From Ignavibacteriota bacterium (GTDB taxonomy: Bacteria; Bacteroidota; Ignavibacteria; UBA10030; UBA6906), in contig CAWDEM010000008.1 in the NCBI GenBank assembly GCA_963801355.1, positions 1,632,001-1,696,000 on the forward strand: DNA of 64,000 bases, written 5' to 3'. Shown one piece after another: positions 58,048 to 64,000 of this stretch; position 1 is the stretch's first letter; every line of letters begins with the position of its first letter. Both the position numbers and the translations under genes were made by a program. The notes under the pieces were generated by a model, which worked only from the letters and a program-made list of their open reading frames with translations, searched no databases and was not told the DNA's origin.

Positions 58048-60433
58048 ATTGCGTCACAACATTCTCCCCCGACGGCAGCGCCCTCCGCTCGCCATTCGGC
58101 AGAATCGCTTCCGCAACGACACCCTCCGGGATCGTGACTTTCATCGAGAATGATCCGGCTTTGTTCCTCCAATCGACGGCAATCAGGCCGGCAGGACTCT
58201 TGAACGATGCCGCGGCCGACTCGAGAGTACCGGGATTGGGAGCGATCAGTATGCGACGCCATCCAGTGCTTCCCGGCTGCTGGCGAATCCCGGCAACGTA
58301 GGCATACTGCCACTCCATCAAATGACCGAGCATGTAGTGATTCATGCTGTTCGCAGTGCCCGGACGGGCATCCCAGCTCTCCGGAAGTGTGGTCAAGCCC
58401 TGAAGTACCATGAAGCCGTAGCTCCCCCTGTTCTCGCGCGAGTAGACCCGGTGAAGCACATCGTTCCGGTCTCCCTCTGCGAGCGCCCTCAGGAAGAGCA
58501 CCTGCATGACTTCCCCGACAGTCTGCTGCCAATCCCGCGATTCCAAATCATCGACAATTGCCTGAAGCACGGCAGGCCTGTCGGCGTCAGGGACAAGCCC
58601 CGCCATGAGTGCGAGGCTGTGCGCAGCCTGACAGGAGCCGTTGTTGCGCACGGTTTTTGTCCGGGGATCGTAAAAGTGCCTCTGGAAATCCAGTCGGATC
58701 CGGTCAAAGAGCGCCGCGTACTTCTCCGACTCGGCGGTCTTACCCAGAACGGCGGCCGCTCGCGATACCGTCTTCGCCCCCAGAGCCCAGATCCCCGTCG
58801 CACTCACCTCGTTCGGGGTCCATTGCGACGGACCGTCCCCTTTGCCGTGTCCGTAGTCGTACCAGTCTCCCAGATTGCTGGTGATGGTGCCATCCTTCGC
58901 CTGAGATGAGAGATAGTCAACGTAACGGCACATGCTTTCAAAGCTGGCGGAAAGTACGTCCGTATTTCCGTACCACTCAAACAAATGCCAGGGAACGAGA
59001 ACCCCGGAGATTCCCCACTCGGGGGCTTCATTCCAATAGCCGTGCGGCGCAACGCCGACAAGGTAATTCGGACAGTTTGTCGGGATATGGCCGTCAGGGA
59101 GCTGGGTATCCCGTAGATCCCGCGCGATCTTGGCATACCACGAGTTCACGTCAAAGGCGTAGCTCACCGCCCGCGCCATATGCCAGTTCTCTTCCTGCCA
59201 CCCGTTCTTTTCCCGGTGAGGGCAGTCAGTCGCCACGTAGCTCATGTTGGACCGGATCGACCAGTCGATCAAACGGTAGGCGCCGTTCTGCAATGCGTTG
59301 GAACAGGTGAACTGTCCGGCGTGCGGATTCGCCGCACGCACATGTACCAGCTCGAGACCCTTGACCACAGGGAGATTCCGGGGGTTGGGGTATCCGGCCG
59401 GCACCGCGCCCGTCACACCGACATACTGCGCACCGACGTAACAAAAAAGAATCTGGTGCGTTTCATCGCCGCTCCCTTTGAGCGTATAGTCGTGCCAGAT
59501 GTCTTTCTTTGTCCCCCAGGTATAGGTGAACCGTACATGCCCGGTCGAATCCACGTACTCGCAGGGTTTGAAGCGGATCGTCGAACCTGCGGTCCCCGAG
59601 ACGGTGAAACGGAGGAGCGCCGAGCAGTTCTGTGAAAACAGGTAGGTGTACTCGCCGGTCTGGGGGGAGACTATCTTTTCGGGTTTGAAGATTTCAAACG
59701 CCTTGATGGGCGGTCCCGTGTACGGGGCAAGAGCCGCCGCCGGCGCCGGCACAATTGCGACGGTCCGCCAGCCCCGCGCATCGTAGCCCGGAGCGTTCCA
59801 CCCCGGCACGACCCGCCGGGCATCATAATCTTCACCGCCATAGATATGGGAAAACGTGAGCGGCCCCGGCATCCATTTCCAGCTTCCGTCGCTCGCGATG
59901 AGCAGCTCCGCCCCGTTCTTCATTTTGATCCGCACTTCCAGCCACAAGATGTACGGATGACCGGCTGAGAAGTCGGGCATCGCATCGGTCTTGACAAACC
60001 GGCCGGTGTCGTTCGCGGCACCCACAGCCCAGAATGAATTTCCCAGCTGGATTCCAAGGACGTTTTCGCCCTGACGCAGCAGAGGAGTGATGTTGAACTC
60101 CTGCCAGTACAAGGTCCGGTTGTACTGCGACCAGGGCTGATTGATGAGCGACTCGTCGGCACGTTTGCCGTTGACCGAAAACTCGAAATGACCCAGGCCG
60201 ATGACGCGCGCTCTGGCCGTGCCCGGCACATCCTCAACCACAAACTGCTTCCGCAGGATCGGGCACGGACCCAGAGTAGTGACGCCAGTGTCGTCAGGTA
60301 CGATCCAGAATGGAGGCACGCCGGATGAGGAGGTCCGGGCCAACGAGGAGCTGCAGGCCAGAAGAAACGGAAGAGCGACGATAAAAGAGAACGTACCGGA
60401 TTTCAACCTTGGTGAGAGGGTATACTTTTGCAT
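58046..60433 (-). CDS. GH78 alpha-L-rhamnosidase family glycoside hydrolase (probable lipoprotein)
   Basis: FLLAC leader, LRKQF, GLG.FE..VNG, YGGEDYDAR, TDCPHREKNGW, LGDW, TTLPESW, SMNH.M.G. Confidence 0.85.
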   Translation of the reverse strand: MQKYTLSPRLKSGTFSFIVALPFLLACSSSLARTSSSGVPPFWIVPDDTGVTTLGPCPILRKQFVVEDVPGTARARVIGLGHFEFSVNGKRADESLINQPWSQYNRTLYWQEFNITPLLRQGENVLGIQLGNSFWAVGAANDTGRFVKTDAMPDFSAGHPYILWLEVRIKMKNGAELLIASDGSWKWMPGPLTFSHIYGGEDYDARRVVPGWNAPGYDARGWRTVAIVPAPAAALAPYTGPPIKAFEIFKPEKIVSPQTGEYTYLFSQNCSALLRFTVSGTAGSTIRFKPCEYVDSTGHVRFTYTWGTKKDIWHDYTLKGSGDETHQILFCYVGAQYVGVTGAVPAGYPNPRNLPVVKGLELVHVRAANPHAGQFTCSNALQNGAYRLIDWSIRSNMSYVATDCPHREKNGWQEENWHMARAVSYAFDVNSWYAKIARDLRDTQLPDGHIPTNCPNYLVGVAPHGYWNEAPEWGISGVLVPWHLFEWYGNTDVLSASFESMCRYVDYLSSQAKDGTITSNLGDWYDYGHGKGDGPSQWTPNEVSATGIWALGAKTVSRAAAVLGKTAESEKYAALFDRIRLDFQRHFYDPRTKTVRNNGSCQAAHSLALMAGLVPDADRPAVLQAIVDDLESRDWQQTVGEVMQVLFLRALAEGDRNDVLHRVYSRENRGSYGFMVLQGLTTLPESWDARPGTANSMNHYMLGHLMEWQYAYVAGIRQQPGSTGWRRILIAPNPGTLESAAASFKSPAGLIAVDWRNKAGSFSMKVTIPEGVVAEAILPNGERRALPSGENVVTQ

Positions 60434-60522
60434 GATGTGCGGTCCCGGAGAGTGTATGAAGGGTCGCACATAGTGTAACGAAGTCCTTTGAAAAATGAAA
60501 GGACCGGGAGACCCGGCGACCT

Positions 60523-63192
60523 TCACATCCCCAACCAGTAGGACAACTTGAGCATGAAGATATTGTCCGGCTTCACTTCAAACAGATGGCTCATGGAACG
60601 GCTGAATTCGAACCCCCCCACCGGCTCGAGGTCGGCTCTGCGTTGTCCCCAGACGAAGTAGGCGACTGAACCGGGAAGATATTCCCACCGCAGCACAGCA
60701 TTTCCCCGCAGCGACACGATATTGAAGTCTGGGTTGTTGATTATTCCCGCGGCGGCGGCACCCGGTCCGTCCGAATCGAGATTGTACCCCAGGATATCCC
60801 CCGCGGTGGAGACGATTGACGCAACAGTCGAACCATTCTCTCCATATTTGAGAAACTCGTACGACTTCGGCCGGGCGAGCGATTTGAATTCGCCGTACTT
60901 CCCCGACGAAATCAACGGCTGCAGGTAAATCTGAAAACTCAGCTTGGGTGTGATGATCCAATCGACGCGGACATCAGCCGCGAGTGTCGTCTGGTTCAGG
61001 AGGGCAAAGACATACCGCTTCCCATAGGTGTGTGTTGCCGACGGGTCCGGGAAAACGCCAACCCACTGGGCACCATAGATATCTTTTTGCAGCTGAGGAC
61101 CGATGGAGAAGGTCAGGGTAGGTGTCAGCTTCAGCTCGAGATTCGCATAGATGGCTCTAGTCTCGAGGTCGTCACCGGATCGCAGGGTCCCTTGGCAAGT
61201 GATCACGTACCTCAGGCGGTTGTCCGTGTAGACCGTGAGATCATAGAAACGGCTGACGGGGTTGAGTGTCAAGGGCCCACCGCGTGTTTTCCGGGCATTG
61301 TACGATTCCGGGGAGTACGTAGCCCGGAGATTCGCTCCATACAGGGTCTGCAACACGATGTAGCTGCCCAGCCAGTACCCCTGCGAAGTGTTATTCCCTC
61401 CGAAGTCCCAGGCCGCAAACGCAGCTGCGTTGACACCGGCGTGGTGGTAGTAGTCCGTGGGTGTATTCCAACGGTAGCCCGCGTAGATGTGCGCATTCAC
61501 GAGGTCACTAAATGATTGATACCCCATGTCGTTCACCTCGAATTCCGGACTTATCACGCCCACTGCGCTGTTGAAGACCCACCTGCCTCGATTCTTGTTC
61601 AGCATCAATCGGCCTGCGTAGCCCATGAGGGACGTCGCAGAGCTGTCGATACCGAGATGGCGTGCGTCGGGACGCTGGAAGTAATGTCCGGAACTGCGCT
61701 GCAAGCTTATCATCTGGTTCCTGTTGCCGCTGACATTTGACATCCCTCCCCACCCGCTCAGCACGTACGCCCGGTCCTCATCAAGAAAAGTCCATCCGTC
61801 TGCTGCCGCGACAATGGCGGATTTGTCAATGACATCCGCAAGTGTCGGGTCACGGAAGAACCGGTTGGTGAATGTCATGAGTACGCCGATGCCGTGGCGG
61901 CCGGCGTCATAGTCACGCTGCGTCCGAAGCACACCGTAATACGTAAGCGGCTCCACCTCGACCCGCGTTTGCATCCCCCGCAGATCAACGCTGGCGAACT
62001 CACGTTGGGTCAGGGCATGGATCATGCCGATCCGCCACTCGTCGAACACACGGCCGGAAATCTTGCCCGCACCGAGGATGTGGGCCCCGTTCGGGAGGTC
62101 GACGAAATCATGCGCAGGCAGAGCGCCCTGCGGGGCCCGTCCGATCCTCCGGCTATAGAAAATCTGCGGTGCCTGCCAGTTGAACGACACATTGTTGTTG
62201 CTCCCGCCCCTTCCGAAATTGTAGATCGTAACGCCTTCAGTGAAGAATGGTCTCTTCTCTTCGAAGGAATATTCAACATCGGTCAGATTGACAATCGCCG
62301 GATCGACCTCAACCTGTCCAAAATCCGGGTTGACCGTCCCGTTCAATGTGAGACTGCTGCCAAGACCGGCGCGAATGTCGAGCCCGCCGCCCAGGAGAAA
62401 CCTCTTCCCCGGATTGAAGGGATCGGCCGGATCGGTCCCGACGTATTCCGCCTTGCTGGTGACATACGGCATCACCTCGAACCGCGCCGGTGGGCTGATG
62501 CCTTCGATCCCCACAAGATCCGCAAACCGAGATGCGAACCCGCTCTCATCCCTGGGAGTATAGGCGATCATATCCGTCTCCACCTTCCTGCTGATGAATC
62601 GTTCTACGTTGACTCCCCACACCTGGCTCTCGTCTTTTTTGAAACGGAGCTGTGAATACGGAATTTTCATTTCAACGCTGTACCCTTCGCTGCCGATTCG
62701 TGATACCCCTTCCCACACGGCATCCCATGAGAGGTCATTGGGTTGTTTGACATCGTTTTCGATCAACCCGTCAGCCAGAGCGCCGGCTGCTGACACATAG
62801 AAGAAATAGCCGTTTCGTTTGTCCCGGTAAGAGTCGAGATAGAGAACACACCCGTCTGACGGATCTCCCCAGATGAAATCGCGACGCACGAGGCGCGCCA
62901 TGATGGATTCGGGATGTGCGTCATAGTACTGTGCGGCAAAGTAGAGTGCGTCATCGTCATAAGCCAGCCATACCTCGCTGCGTTCCGACGGCATGGCACC
63001 CTCGCTCGGCTCTTGTTGTATCAGACCGGAAAACCCGGGGCGCTTCCAGACTCTCTCGTCGAGGACCCCGTCAACCCTCATGGCCTCGTCCGTCCGAATC
63101 GCAGCGATCTTTTTCGAGGGAGCATTATCTTGGGCCGAAGCCGGGGCGGCGGATAGGCATAGGATCAGCCCAAAGGACGCGACTTTTCGCAT
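60523..63192 (-). CDS. DUF5916 / CBM9-like outer-membrane protein
   Basis: Signal peptide; DG.LDE..W, Q.EP..G, SWDAVW, EMKIPYSQLRF, TVNPDFGQVEVD, EKRPFF.EG, FYSRRIG, WEY.PGS, terminal MLKLSYW. Confidence 0.85.
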   Translation of the reverse strand: MRKVASFGLILCLSAAPASAQDNAPSKKIAAIRTDEAMRVDGVLDERVWKRPGFSGLIQQEPSEGAMPSERSEVWLAYDDDALYFAAQYYDAHPESIMARLVRRDFIWGDPSDGCVLYLDSYRDKRNGYFFYVSAAGALADGLIENDVKQPNDLSWDAVWEGVSRIGSEGYSVEMKIPYSQLRFKKDESQVWGVNVERFISRKVETDMIAYTPRDESGFASRFADLVGIEGISPPARFEVMPYVTSKAEYVGTDPADPFNPGKRFLLGGGLDIRAGLGSSLTLNGTVNPDFGQVEVDPAIVNLTDVEYSFEEKRPFFTEGVTIYNFGRGGSNNNVSFNWQAPQIFYSRRIGRAPQGALPAHDFVDLPNGAHILGAGKISGRVFDEWRIGMIHALTQREFASVDLRGMQTRVEVEPLTYYGVLRTQRDYDAGRHGIGVLMTFTNRFFRDPTLADVIDKSAIVAAADGWTFLDEDRAYVLSGWGGMSNVSGNRNQMISLQRSSGHYFQRPDARHLGIDSSATSLMGYAGRLMLNKNRGRWVFNSAVGVISPEFEVNDMGYQSFSDLVNAHIYAGYRWNTPTDYYHHAGVNAAAFAAWDFGGNNTSQGYWLGSYIVLQTLYGANLRATYSPESYNARKTRGGPLTLNPVSRFYDLTVYTDNRLRYVITCQGTLRSGDDLETRAIYANLELKLTPTLTFSIGPQLQKDIYGAQWVGVFPDPSATHTYGKRYVFALLNQTTLAADVRVDWIITPKLSFQIYLQPLISSGKYGEFKSLARPKSYEFLKYGENGSTVASIVSTAGDILGYNLDSDGPGAAAAGIINNPDFNIVSLRGNAVLRWEYLPGSVAYFVWGQRRADLEPVGGFEFSRSMSHLFEVKPDNIFMLKLSYWLGM

Positions 63193-63409
63193 GTTTCTGC
63201 CTTCAAAGTGGGCGGCGATAAGGAATTACCTCTGTCAGGTAAGTCCTACGAACCTTTCCGTTGAAAAAGTCCCGGTTTGATGCAAAACGCGTGTCGGTGA
63301 GATGAAATGCCCGAATTCTGAGACGGATGGAGGCGAGGAACAAAAAGACTGAGGGCAGGGTTTTCTTCTGGTAAAGGCAATCTTCAAAACAGAACCGGAA
63401 GCGAGTACA

Positions 63410-63536
63410 ATGGACCTGCTGCTCGTACGATCGAAGTGGGATATGCCCGATGTTCCGCTCCCCCTTTTTCTCAACAAGCTAAAAGACGCCGGGTTCGACG
63501 GGGCCGAAATCCACTTCGAAGAGGCACCACGCAACC
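63410..63536 (+). pseudogene. N-terminal remnant of a sugar-phosphate isomerase/epimerase (xylose isomerase-like TIM barrel)
   Basis: MDLLLVRSKWDMPDVPLPLFLNKLKDAGFDGAEIHF resembles the family N-terminus (..W....fl..vk.aG(F/Y)DG.E), then runs into the convergent gene. Confidence 0.5.
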
Positions 63537-63998
63537 CTATTTCGCAAGTACCATCGGTCTTGTTGACACAAAACCGCCGGTCTCAAGCCGGTAATAGTAT
63601 ACACCGCTGCCAAGACCCCGTCCGTCGAAGGAGACACGGTGCTCTCCCGGTTCCATCCGCTCATTCACCAGAACCGCCACTTCTCGTCCGAGAACGTCAT
63701 AGACGGCGAGCTTGACCAAACCAGACTCCGACCCCCATCCGCGGGACCCTTCATTGTCAGCCGGGACCCTGAACCCGATCGTCGTGCCCGGATTGAACGG
63801 ATTGGGAAAATTCTGTTCCAGTCGGAAGCCCCCAGGTCTGCCATCGCCCGCGTCTACTCCCGTGGAGATGGATGTGTTGAAGCGGAAGATATGCGTCGCC
63901 GTGCTGTACGAGTGAGTCACCACGTACAATTCACCCGCTTCATCCTCGCCGAACGAAGAGACGGATTGAGGCGCTTCAAGAAGCAGCGAGTCGGGTTG
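63537..63998 (-). CDS. PQQ-dependent sugar dehydrogenase (GSDH-type) with T9SS type A sorting domain, 3' part only
   Basis: Frame is open to the window end; VSSFGEDEAGELYV then FRLEQNFPNPFNPGTTI..VKLAVYDVLGREVAVLVN..SGVYYYRL..MVLAK. Confidence 0.8.
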   Translation of the reverse strand, partial: QPDSLLLEAPQSVSSFGEDEAGELYVVTHSYSTATHIFRFNTSISTGVDAGDGRPGGFRLEQNFPNPFNPGTTIGFRVPADNEGSRGWGSESGLVKLAVYDVLGREVAVLVNERMEPGEHRVSFDGRGLGSGVYYYRLETGGFVSTRPMVLAK

Positions 63999-64000
63999 AA

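Noticed and set aside
60457-60525. Cloverleaf-like fold as a tRNA
   Set aside because: No T-loop GTTCRA, D-loop GG or 7-nt anticodon loop, and the arm geometry is wrong.
1086-62655. Many long antisense or overlapping ORFs (e.g. 1086..2045, 8443..9375, 16729..17913, 26541..27755, 41425..42495, 50887..51966)
   Set aside because: Shadow ORFs expected in GC-rich coding DNA; each lies opposite a well-supported gene and has no family motifs.
1-64000. Prophage, IS element or defence island
   Set aside because: No integrase, transposase, phage structural, nuclease or toxin-antitoxin signatures were recognised.

Overview
A gene-dense, GC-rich bacterial chromosomal segment with about 52 CDS, mostly on the minus strand. 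It probably comes from an Ignavibacteria/Chlorobi-like FCB-group organism, inferred from a T9SS type-A sorting domain with the QNFPNPFNPxTTI motif, a TonB receptor, sigma70-like TTGxxx-N17-TAxxxT promoters and clear SD sites. I saw no rRNA, tRNA, CRISPR array or transposase. Housekeeping content: a nine-gene heme operon (hemX-like, hemA, C, D, E, H, Y/G, B, L), acs, pstSCAB plus a phosphate porin under three Pho-box-like repeats, fba, rhaA, and GH3/GH78 glycosidases. The best candidate for an undescribed system is an apparently NikR-autorepressed uptake operon (11908-16702). It runs nikR, TonB receptor, non-NikM ECF S component, SAM methyltransferase, EcfT, EcfA, with a GTGCTAC-N13-GTGCTAC operator over its promoter, which suggests import and modification of a nickel chelate or cofactor rather than free Ni2+. 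Other oddities: an orphan GvpL/F-like domain on a long Pro/Ala pentapeptide tether broken by two single-base deletions; a hybrid kinase whose phospho-His is Tyr but whose REC and Hpt are intact; a receiver/ATP-grasp dikinase-like protein with no pyruvate-binding barrel; several candidate operators, REP-like palindromes and multi-stem RNA elements. All family calls come from motif recognition by eye; no database search was run.
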